NCBI RefSeq assembly: GCF_036365525.1
Contig: NC_090413.1
Coordinates: 28,410,262-28,474,261 of the forward strand
Direction: 5' to 3'
DNA length: 64,000 nt
Origin: Heterodontus francisci
Taxonomy: Eukaryota
This document shows positions 34,111-44,274 of the stretch, in pieces. Below the pieces are notes generated by a model, which was not told where the DNA came from, ran no database searches, and saw nothing but the letters and a program-made list of their open reading frames with translations. Both the position numbers and the translations under genes were made by a program. Position 1 is the first letter of the stretch; every line of letters begins with the position of its first letter.

Positions 34111-34488
34111 GAAGTGGGTGTAACAAGCAGCTGAATCATTTTGGAAAAAAAAGTCTGTAGTGGGAGTTAATTATTGATTGTTACACCCTCCTCTCGGCTC
34201 TGACCCTCCCTGGGGTAAAGCACCCTTTCCTCTCCTGAAAGTGCTGCCTCTCCCTGGGGTACAGTAGCCGGTAATGGCCAGGGTTCCCGCTTCAGGCTGA
34301 ATTCTGCTTCCCCTGCTACCCCTGACCAATCCTAGCCAAAAAATAAATCGGATGATACTTTCATTTTTTACAGCATTGTTTTCATCAAAACGTCTGAAAA
34401 TAATTCCCAATGAATGACTGTCATCTAGGTGAACATTGCAACTCTCTCCAGCTGTGATGTGAACTGCCAACTAAACCGCTTTTGGGTT

Positions 34489-34527
34489 GAGTTCCGAAGA
34501 AGGGTCACTGACCCGAAATGTTAACTC
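34489..34527 (+). ncRNA. Minimal type I hammerhead-ribozyme-like motif (Penelope-associated), with variant core positions
   Basis: stem I GAGTT/AACTC, core CCGAAGA (canonical CUGANGA), stem II GGGTC-ACT-GACCC, GAAA, ATGT, putative cleavage after GTT. Confidence 0.6.
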
Positions 34528-34591
34528 TGCTTCTCTTTCCACAGATGCTGCCAGACCTGCTGAGTGGTTCCAGCATTTCTTGTTTTTATTT
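34489..34591 (+). mobile_element. Penelope-like element terminal-repeat fragment
   Basis: hammerhead motif followed by ACAGATGCTGCCAGACCTGCTGAG...CAGCATTTCTTGTTTTTATTT; a related fragment lies at ~27935-27976. Confidence 0.55.
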
Positions 34592-34704
34592 GGGTTATGA
34601 TAGTTGGGAATAATGCCCAGGATTCCAGGGGAATTCCCTGCTCTTTACATATCGCGTGGAATGCAGCTGATTATCCTTGACAATGCAGCACTCCCTCAGC
34701 ACTG

Positions 34705-35210
34705 CATTGGGGGCAAATGGGAGGAAGTTATGCTGCAGTTGTATAGCGGTTTGGTCAGACCTTCCTCAGGAGCAGAGAGTTCAGTCCTGGGCACCAACCT
34801 CAAGAAGGATATATTGACCTTGGGGAGTGTACCAGATTCACCAGAGCAATACCGGGACTTAGAGTTAAAGTATAAGGACAAACTTTATCAGCTTGGCTTG
34901 TATTTCCTTAACAGAAGAAAGTCGATGGGTGATTGATTGAAATGTTTAAAGGAGGGAGAGAGAGAGAAGCTATTTTCTCGAGTGAGTGAAATCAGGAATG
35001 AGGTTGCAGAATCTTAAAATTCGAGCCTTGCCAATTGGGAGGGGTCTGTTGAGACTGTGGATGCTGGGAGTCAGTTGGGGATTTCAAGACTGAGGTTGTT
35101 AGAGTTTTGTGCACTGAGGGAATCAGGGAATATGGAGCAACCGGAGTTGAAGTACAGATCAGCTATCAACTACCTGAATGATAAAGGAGTCTCAAAGAGC
35201 TGAAACCCTG
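34705..35210 (+). mobile_element. Degenerate CR1 LINE 3' fragment
   Basis: encodes EEVMLQLYSGLVRP, typical of the CR1 ORF2 C-terminus. Confidence 0.6.
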
Positions 35211-35364
35211 GCTGGGCCGGGGAAGGTACACTCAACCTTCTGACCCCGAGGCAGGAGTGTCACTAACTGAGGCAAACTGGCGTGTTAGTTGCTATATGCA
35301 GCAGCCAGAATGTGAAGCCGATCAGTTGTTAAGCTTGACACATTCTTATTTTGTACTTCCACAG

Positions 35365-35437
35365 AGTTTGCAAAAGATGGAGAAGATTAGCTTATGATAA
35401 AGGACTCTGGAAAGATGTTAATTTAACCCCATACAAG
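35365..35437 (+). CDS. FBXL12: FBXL12 exon 2 VCKRWRRLAYDKGLWKDVNLTPYK
   Basis: ttccacag| acceptor, |gtaaga donor. Confidence 0.95.
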
Positions 35438-35873
35438 GTAAGAAAAACAGTTACATACAAGTGAATATTTTAGTTAAAGATTTCCGACTCTCTCAGATTT
35501 TTGCCCAGGGAGATATTGGGTGCAGTTTGAAGCTGTACGCTTCTAAAGATTCAAATGGCAACTTCAAAATTAAGGAGACTTTTTCACTGCATGCAAATGT
35601 CATCAATAATTAAAAGGTAATGATTTTCTCGAGTTCCAGATTTCCACTACCCTTTGTGTAAAGATGTTTAACCTCTCATCAGAGAAAAAAGCTTCTCCCT
35701 ACCACAAGGCAGCCCTTGTGATTCCCACTGGTAACATTATTTGCAAACGTTGAGAATATGTTTGTGTCCCAGCTCAGAATTCTCACCCCGAAACCTTTCT
35801 ACCAAAATAAATTAATGTCTTCTCAGAATGTCTCTTGTACAAATCACTAATAGTTTGACGCTGCTCTTTCCAG

Positions 35874-36686
35874 GTAAATTCACGGATACTCTGGCACCTG
35901 GTCAGACATTACCTGGGTGGCACTCTGCGGACTCTAAGGGTAAAAGGTGTCCTTCATTCTGTCAAGAAGCACGAGTCCCTGACTGAAGCCTTACTGTTGG
36001 AGATTGGGAAACGCTGCCCAAACCTGAGTGAGCTCCGGCTGATTGAGATGAACCTGCGAGGTATCAGTTACGAGTGTCTGCCTCCATCGTTGCTCTGTCT
36101 GGAGTTGACGCACTGTGAGATCCCATTGCATTGGTTCAGAGTGGCAGCAACATCCAATGGGACCCGCATCCCGCCTCGCATCAAAAATCTGGAGGTGGAC
36201 AATGTGCCGAACTTCTCTGATCAGCACCTCCAGAACCTTGCGTCTCGCACAGCCCTGAAGATGCTGATCCTCTCTGGCACCTACAGGGTGACCGACTCTG
36301 GGATCGAGAAGTCGGCCGAGTCTCTCTCGGAAGTTGTCCATCTCAAGCTGCACGGCTGCAACATCTCAGATGACTCACTGCGTCACATTGCCCGGCACCT
36401 GACGCAGCTCCGCACTTTAGACCTCACGAACTTCTGCTCCATGACTGACGCAGGCCTGGCCTGTCTCGGGGGCCTGCTCTCCCTCCAGTCACTGTGCTTC
36501 GAGTACTGTGACCAGATTACTGTTGAGAAGCTTTTGGCTGTTTGTACTGGCCTTCCATCACTGACCAAACTCAACCTGAATGGAAACCCGTACTCTGAGG
36601 GGGAGCTGCAGAGAATCCGGCAGAGTTTACCGAACTGCACTGTCACCAACGATTTCCCTGACATGGATTCTATGCCTAAATTTTAA
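35874..36686 (+). CDS. FBXL12: FBXL12 exon 3 (LRR domain)
   Basis: ctttccag| acceptor, 813-nt open frame to TAA, includes ORF 35997..36686. Confidence 0.95.
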   Translation, partial: VNSRILWHLVRHYLGGTLRTLRVKGVLHSVKKHESLTEALLLEIGKRCPNLSELRLIEMNLRGISYECLPPSLLCLELTHCEIPLHWFRVAATSNGTRIPPRIKNLEVDNVPNFSDQHLQNLASRTALKMLILSGTYRVTDSGIEKSAESLSEVVHLKLHGCNISDDSLRHIARHLTQLRTLDLTNFCSMTDAGLACLGGLLSLQSLCFEYCDQITVEKLLAVCTGLPSLTKLNLNGNPYSEGELQRIRQSLPNCTVTNDFPDMDSMPKF

Positions 36687-37379
36687 CAGGGGACTGCTGC
36701 CATCTGTTAACCTGGCACTGGTTTGACTTGTGACCGGGGAGGGTTGGGGTTTGCCAACTGTACAACTAGGGCTAGAGCATCGTGTTTCAATTAATGGAAG
36801 CACCAGCACCACCCTAACCCACCGCTGAGAAAATGAGTCGCCCAAAATCCATGCCAGCAATGTGTGCACCCCCAGACCTTTGGGGGTTGGGGGACATGGG
36901 GTGGCGAGTGCACAAAATTGCCATGGACTAATGTGATTGAGTTTGGAGTGTATTAAGACAAGGCACACACACAGACTGCTGAGCAGAGGTGAAATAGAAA
37001 GGAAGTGATTTGCATTGGCTCCTTGGCAGATTGGATTTCTGGTTCGTTGATGCTCAGTATCTTTGGAATTTGCCATTCTCATTTGGATGAATGTGATAGA
37101 TGGGACTGCAGCAATCTGTATAGAGGTGAGGGAATTCCAAGGAGGAAAACCATTCAGAAATATATCCAATTGCAGCATACCCTTACCGCACATTGCAAGA
37201 CTGGTAAACAGCATGACACACAGACCTTAGACCACAAGAGTGGGCACACTATGTGGTTAACCAAATGGTTTACATTACTAGGTCCTGACAGCCTATGAAC
37301 AATAGTTAAACTCTTCAGTAATCGTTATACCATTAAGCTAAGTAATTTTATTTGGCAGCTTTGTTTCATTGCTATTGAA

Positions 37380-37385
37380 AATAAA
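37380..37385 (+). terminator. Probable FBXL12 polyadenylation signal AATAAA
   Basis: first AATAAA ~0.7 kb after the stop, in AT-rich context. Confidence 0.6.
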
Positions 37386-37659
37386 GTTTATCATTTCTAA
37401 TAATTCATATCTCTACTTCCTATATATAATGTAAAAGAATTGACTTCCCTTATGACCAAACTCATTGGCCAATTGTGATCATCTGACTGTTTGGATGTTG
37501 ATGCTTTGAGCCAGTCTCCTGGGCCAATAATGTCACAAGACCATTCTGTCCTGCCTATCCCAGAGCACAGCCCCAACATCACTAACAATTCTCTTTTGAG
37601 TTTGGCTGTTGACCATCTCACAGCATTGGTTCCATTCTTAACTATCCAGTTGTAGCCAG

Positions 37660-38541
37660 GGAATCACCTGCAATGGCTTCTCTTCCAGCTCCTGCACCGT
37701 TACCTCTGCTGTCCCCCAAGGATCTATCGTTGGACTCTTTCTGTTTCTCATTGGCATCTGGTAACATCATCTGAAAACACTTCAGTTTCCACATGTGTGC
37801 TGACAACATTCAGCTCTACCTCACCACCACCTCTCTCAACCCCTGCACTGTCTGATTTGTCAGACTGCTTATCTGACATCCAGTACTGGATGAGCAGAAA
37901 TTTCCTCCAATTAAATATTGGAGTGACTCCATTGACTTCAGTCCCCGTCACGTACTCTGTTCTGTAGCTATCAGTTGCAGCCCTCTCCTTGGCAACTGTC
38001 CAAGGCTGAACCAGACTGTTCGCAGTCTTAATGTCCTATTTGACGCCAAAATGAGCTTCTGAACACACTTCAGCTCCACTGCCAAAACCACCTATTTCTA
38101 CCAACGTGACTCCACCCCTATCTCAGCTCATCCACTGCTGAAACCCTCATCCATGCCCTCGTTACCTTCAAATTTAATTATTCCAATGTTCTCGTAGCCA
38201 GCCTCTCACCTTGCACCCTCTGTAAACCTGAGGTCATCCAAAACCCTGGTGCCTGTGTCCTAAATTGCATTAAATTCTCCAATTCTTGCTTTTTGCACAT
38301 ACCTGATTCTACCATTGGCAGCTGCCGAGGCCCTAAGCTCTGGAATTCCCTTTGTAAACCTCTCTTCCTCCTTCTCCTCCTTTAAGATGCTCCTTAAAAC
38401 CAATCTACTTGATCAAGCTTTTGGTACCTGTCAGATCACCCAGTGTGGCTCAGTAACAAATTTAGTTTGATCATTGCTCCTGTGAAGCACCTTGGGGCCT
38501 TTTACTACTTTAAAAAGGCTACATAATGCAAGTTATTGTTG
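37660..38541 (+). mobile_element. L2 LINE 3' fragment
   Basis: gtcccccaaggatctatc (VPQGS RT motif) and L2-type tail tgtgaagcaccttgg...aatgcaagttattgttg. Confidence 0.75.
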
Positions 38542-39821
38542 AGACTGCCCTGGTCTAAGTCACGAGCACACCGTGCTGCAGTTTCCATCTTTATCCACAT
38601 CAAACTTTCCATAGTCTTCGATGTGATTGATCGCTCTGTTGTGACACCTCCCTTGACCATTTCTGTGTTGTCTGCCTGTTTGGCGATTGAGTCCTGCATG
38701 AGGCTCAGATTTGTTCTGAACATTGAAAAGATCAATGTCCCAGCCAGTGTTTTGGTTCTCGCCACAAACTCTGCCCCTTAGATACTGGTTCCATCCCCTC
38801 CCTCACCTCTCAATCAGACCATGGACAATCTTAGTCCCTACCCTGTCTGAATAAACAAGAACAAATAAAATTGCAAAACAAACCCAATTACTAACAGGGT
38901 GGATAAAACCAAGAATGAATCAGAGAAGATACAAAAGGAAACAAAATAATACAAAGAATAAAGAAAATTTAAAAATATTGGCAATTTCTGAGGATTCTAC
39001 GTTTCCAGGAGCGTTCTCAAAGGCCAGTCGTCACATTGCTATTAATTTATTTTAACTGATATTTCTATTTACAAACTGCAAGTTCTCAGTATTGGGAAGG
39101 TTTAGTTTCGAAGACTTTCTAATATTGCCAAACTGTTCAGTGACAATGTTGCATTTCTGATGCGGTTGAATCTTGTGATGGTTGTTTGGTTTGTGCCGTG
39201 TTTTAGTTACATTGTTGGTGTAGTTTTTAGTTGGTTTATATAGTTGTAATCTGTTCTGATAACAGCACCAGAGGAGAAATAAAAATATTTCAATACTAAC
39301 CCTTGTCGAGCTTTCATTTTTTGTTTTGATTTGGTAAATTTGAATATAATCCATATCCCAAGGACGCGGGTTTACCAGATCAAATTAATATTAATTGTTT
39401 TGAATTTGCCAATTGCTTTCTGAGATTTCGTCCATTTACAATTAAGGACACCTGTTTATTTTGACTCAATTCCATTTTTGTTATACAGGTTTCCAGGAAT
39501 TTTTTTTCTATTGTTTTGGAATCAGATTTCACAATTCTGTTTTTATTCAAAAGTCATAAACCTGCTTAAGGTCACGAGCCTTGCTCACAACTGTTCAAAG
39601 CACACAATGTTCTATGTGGTTAAAAAGAACAGCCTTGTAGTGGTATTAAATGGCATGTAAGCTGGTACATTTTACTCTAAGTCAGATGTCCTTTTTGTAC
39701 TTTATTCCTCCAATTCTTGCTGCCGCCACATCATCAGTGCCAGTCCCACACCTGCACTGACATCCCAGTGTTACACAAACTCAAAGTGCTCTCTCCAGAT
39801 GCTTTAGTTTTGGAAGCGAGA

Positions 39822-40195
39822 GAGAACTTCATTCATGTAGTGATTTTCGCAGCTTTGCAATATCCCAAAGCACTTTAGAGTAATTGACTGCTTTTTAAAG
39901 TGTTATTTCTAATTTGTGCACAGACTGATCCCCCAAGCAGCAATGACCAATCTGTTTTCATGGTCTTAGTTATGGATTCTAGGAGAATTCCTCTCCTGCT
40001 CTTTGAACAGTACCAAGGGATCTTTTATATTCATCTTAGAGGGCAGACGGGACTTCAGTTTAGTGTCTTACCAGAAATGCAGCACCTCTGACAATGCAGA
40101 GCGTCAGCCTGGATTATGTGCTCAGGTACTGAAGTGGAGCTTTAGTGTTTAGAAGCTTCTTACTGAGGTGAGACTGGTGCCAACAGTTGGCACTG
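39822..40195 (-). mobile_element. Degenerate Deu-domain SINE
   Basis: reverse match to the gatcccatggcacta/gagcagg core and an L2-like tail. Confidence 0.55.
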
Positions 40196-40777
40196 AAAGC
40201 TCAAAGCATTGGATGTTAAACCACCTGCTGATGCAAATTTCATACACAGTGTTGTGCTTTAGTAAACATTCTAGTGTGAGTAGCAGCTGCAGGCCAGTTA
40301 CCCAGTGAGGCTGTCGTGCTTATTTCTGTCAGTTCTACCAAAGCTTGGTTCACTTTTATTCCCCACACAGTTGCTTTGTGTACCAAGTTTTCTTTTTAAA
40401 GCTGCCTGTAAGGTAAGCAAAGCTTAGTGCGCTAGCAGTTTATTTTGAGAGCTAAGCTATTCCCCGTCAGTGTGGCACTGTAATCTGCTGGGAAGCTTTG
40501 AGACAGCAGGCATAAGAGTGCCCATTTCTCCTCGTATCCAACTTGATCTGATTTCACTCCGACCTTGCGGAGCAGCACTTCTGTCTCTCAGCACCTTCCC
40601 CAGATGGTATGACCAAGACTGGAATCCCATTGCGTTACACATCGCAGTACACTTGTACTCTGAGGAAGACCTTGTTAGAGATACAGGCACATCTTGTGTT
40701 CTTTTAGCATTCCTGCAAAGTCAACAGTATTAACTTGCTGCTAAAAGTTTACACTTTTGCTTTGCATGGTTTGAGGT

Positions 40778-41060
40778 GTCAGCCATAGCTCAGTGGGTAA
40801 CATGCTTGCTTCTGAGTCAGAAGGTCTTGGTTTAAGCCCCACTTCAGTGACTTCAGCCCAAAAATCCAGGCTGACACTTGTAGTACTGGATGTGGGGTGA
40901 GGGTAGTGTTGAGCCTGGCTGTAATGCTCCCTATAACCTTGTACCCTTCCTGCATAATGTGAAAGGTCCAGTTCAGTGTCAATTTTATATTTCATTAAGC
41001 TACTGTGAAGCACCTTGAGACGTTTTATTATACTAAAGACACCAAAGAAATGCAAGTTGT
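40778..41060 (+). mobile_element. tRNA-derived SINE with L2-type tail
   Basis: agccatagctcagtgggtaa...gagtcagaagg...ggtttaagcccc head; tgtgaagcaccttgagacgtttt...aaatgcaagtt tail. Confidence 0.7.
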
Positions 41061-41599
41061 AATGGGAAGAGCACAGAGCCTGTGGACTGGGTAGTGGGTG
41101 CACAATGCTATATGTACTTGTATCAAAGAGTCAGTCAGCTGTTAGAACAAAAGATACTGAAAGCAGAGGAGCAGAAAGATTTTATTTTGTGAAAATGTGC
41201 CGCTGTGGAACTATGACTTGGAATTTCAGATCCTGCTTGCTTCTTCAAGGCTTGTGAGAGTGCAGTGAAACTGCTGTTGGCAACACCCATCTCAGTCGAC
41301 CTCTATATGGAAATGTCCATTGCCCTCACAGTATTATATAATTTAGCAGTTCAACAGCTACACTGGTTAAAAAACCTTTCTTTGTGTGTGCCTGTTGGAT
41401 CTGAACTTTTCCTTAGTTTGGATCTCTGCTTGTTTGAGTTTTGCACCTTTGTCTTGACAGTCAGTATGTGTGCATGTGTTTTTTTAAAGGGGCTGTGAAA
41501 TACAAACTTGTCCAGTGCAACATCTTAAAGATCCATTTGATTATTTTCCTTCAAGGCCCATTTCTGTAGCCAAGCTGTACAGATGACTATGTATGACGC

Positions 41600-41832
41600 C
41601 TGCCCTGTGTTGGGCTGCCCATGTTGACCCATTGGTCTCTGGGTGGCCATGTTGACCCCTGCCCTGTGTTGTGTTGCCTGTGTTGACCCCTGCCCTGTGT
41701 TGGGTTGCCCGTGTTGACCCCTGCCCTGTGTTGGGTTGCCCGTGTTGACCCCTGGCCTGTGTTGGGTTGCCCGTGCTGACCCCTGGCCTGTGTTGGGTTG
41801 CCCGTGCTGACCCCTGGCCTATGTTGGGTTGG
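41600..41832 (+). repeat. 31-bp minisatellite (~7 units)
   Basis: CCGTGTTGACCCCTGCCCTGTGTTGGGTTGC repeated. Confidence 0.9.
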
Positions 41833-42089
41833 CTGATGTCAGCTGTTGTGTTGATCCCATAATTGGCTGCGGTATCCTGGGTTAGGGAGGGCGTATTTGA
41901 CGGGTCCCTGCTTACTATGCTATGAACCCGGCTGGGAAAGTTCAGGTGCATAGATATTCGATGCAGATATTTGTTGCATTCTGTAATGCCCGACACACTG
42001 AAATATCTTACCAACATTCATTGGGTGTATTGAGATCTGCTATTGGTGCCCTTGAACAGTACTTGGCATGGATCAATGTCTTCAACAGT

Positions 42090-42495
42090 AAAGAACTTGC
42101 ATTTATTCAAACCACCTAATGCACTTCATTTACAAAGAGACAATTTGGGGTGTTGCTTTCTGAGGGTAAACACTGCAACCATTAGGAACACAGTAAGACC
42201 TCTCAAAAAAAATTATGAGACGACTAGCTATTTCATTTGTTTGAGCTGGTGTTGGTTGAGGGAATAATGTTGTCCTAGACACAGGGAGAGCTCCATACTC
42301 TTTTTCAAATTGTGCTGTGGGTTGACCACCTGAACCACAGATGGGGTCTTCGTTTAGCATTTCATCTGAAAATCAGCACTCCTTGGGTAATGCACTTAAG
42401 TGTTAGAGCATAGATTCTGTGCTCCACTCCTGGAGTCAGTCTTTAGTACATAGCCTTCAGAATCAAGAGGTGAGAATGTTAGTAACGGAGCCACA
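42090..42495 (-). mobile_element. Degenerate Deu-domain SINE
   Basis: aacttgcatttat tail and ggttgagggaataatgttg core on the reverse strand. Confidence 0.55.
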
Positions 42496-43349
42496 CTCTC
42501 ACTTCTGCAGAAGAAAAGTAGAAAACATTCGAGGGATACAAAACAAAGCACAGAATTTGAATTATTAATTTGATGCTGGTTGGGGAAACTCATGTCAGCT
42601 GTGAAGCTGGTTTGTTCAGGAGGAGACTGTAAGACTGCTGCAGTTGGAGATATTATTCTTCTCAATGGGAGCTAATGGTCAAGGGGAATCCCTTGTTCAG
42701 TGGCATCAGTTACTCTGTATTTTGTGTGTCACTGACCACACTGCCACAGAGGGCCTGCGCCACTTTGCAGTTGATAATGAGAGCTATGTTAGGCAGATAT
42801 TGAGCTGAGACTTCTGAGATTGGGAGATCTGGCATAGTCCATGTGGTCTCCTGGATTTGTATTCAGAACGGCTAAATGTTGGGGGTTGCGGGGTGTGACA
42901 GAATACTCATCTGTCATAACACCTCCAGAAGTCATCTGGCAGTGAGGAATGAATGGCATTTTTATTTAAAATGTTACGTCTTCATGCACGTTCTATCTAC
43001 TTACATACTTCCAGTGGTTACACTTTGTGTCAGCTTTTTCTATTATATATTACATCCACATTTGTAATGGAGATCGTCTATGTAAACTTGTCACATTGTA
43101 ATTGCAATCCTTTGCCAGTGGTTGCGCTGCAGCGCCACAGCCAGTCCTGCAGAGAAACTCCAATTCTCTACTTCTCAGATTGCAGGAACCTTTGCTTTAC
43201 AACTGTTATTAATAGTAGAAACTCAAAATATTTCATAATAGAGATAGAACTTATGACTTCAAAATGAGGACTAAATAATGTCTGCATGCTTTATGTTTTT
43301 ATGACTATCCCGTAATCCTAAAGACTGCATCTGGCCACTCCTGGATGCA

Positions 43350-43900
43350 GCAATTCTTCCCAAGCTGCAGGTGGCGTTGTAGCAGCGCCCATTCTCCGGC
43401 TCCTCCCGGGCTGCAGGAGGCGCTGTCGCGGCGTTCACGCTCCTGCTCCTCCCGGGCTGCAGGAGGCGCTGTCGCGGCGTTCACGCTCCTCCCGGGCTGC
43501 AGGAGGCGCTGTCGCGGCGCCGGTCAAGAGTTTCTGGTCGGGCGCCGCTCTCTACCTTCAGTGATGATAATGGTCGTCAGGGAATGGCTGTCCGGTCAGT
43601 TTGTCTGACGCTTGACAGGAGGGCGCATAAACTATGGCTAAATTAGCAGTTTAACCTCCAATCAACCGAAACGAAGCTGCTGAAAACCAATTTTTAACGA
43701 GAGAAATGGGTTAAGGTGAGCGCTTTAAATAAAATATCCACAATAAAGCAGCGGCTTGGAGACGCGCCTCAACTCAAGCTGACGGTCACCGGGGGGGGGG
43801 GGGCGGGTCCAGTGTCAGTTTGCACAGCAATTGGCTAGTTGGCTGTCAATCAGGCTAGATCTGATGTGTGATTGGTCCATACAGATGCCAATCAAAGCTC
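43350..43900 (+). promoter_or_regulatory. ATG4D: CpG island, probable ATG4D promoter with non-coding exon 1 (donor aag|gtgagc at 43715/43716)
   Basis: local CpG enrichment, strong donor, GC box, CCAAT boxes; the first ATG4D coding exon starts with an acceptor, so an upstream exon is required. Confidence 0.6.
43399..43519 (+). repeat. 40-bp tandem repeat x3 in the ATG4D CpG island
   Basis: GCTCCTCCCGGGCTGCAGGAGGCGCTGTCGCGGCGTTCAC. Confidence 0.92.
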
Positions 43901-44274
43901 TCGCCAAAGTGGGGGCAAGTTGGTGGCGGTGACCTTTAGTTTTGTGGCAGCTTCACACAATGTTTACTTATTGACTTTCTGATATTTTAACAGAGAGTAG
44001 AACGCCCAGGAGTGGTTTAAAAGGCCGTCAGCTTCCACTTCATGTTGGTTCAGAATGTACACATGATGGTCACAGCTCTCCCTCCAAGTCCTAAATGTCG
44101 AGGGGGGAGGCGGTTTGCAAACTGTTTCTGCTCAGAAACCTCACTCCTAATATTCATCCCTTGTGCTGACATCTCAAACAGTAATTTACAGCTCTCAACC
44201 ACTGGACTCTCATCAAATTTGTTGTTTTGGAATCACTTCCCCATGTCGATCGTTGGATTTATTTTTGCTGGTGT

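Larger units (their letters stand above)
33136..36686 (+). other. FBXL12: FBXL12 gene (F-box/LRR protein 12), 330 aa
   Basis: join(33136..33242,35365..35437,35874..36686) = 993 nt. F-box LPENVLVEILSYL...RISRVCKRW, LRRs, and GTYRVT and CPNL motifs as in recalled human FBXL12; 3-exon structure. Confidence 0.93.

Noticed and set aside
33377-34160. Three 213-248-aa ORFs, and a CRISPR-like look of regular repeats
   Set aside because: A head-to-tail 41-bp minisatellite with no unique spacers, in a eukaryotic intron, with no cas genes.
40457-40712. Minus-strand exon-like ORF after a TTGACTTTGCAG acceptor
   Set aside because: No recognisable homology and no partner exons found; cannot be supported without expression data.
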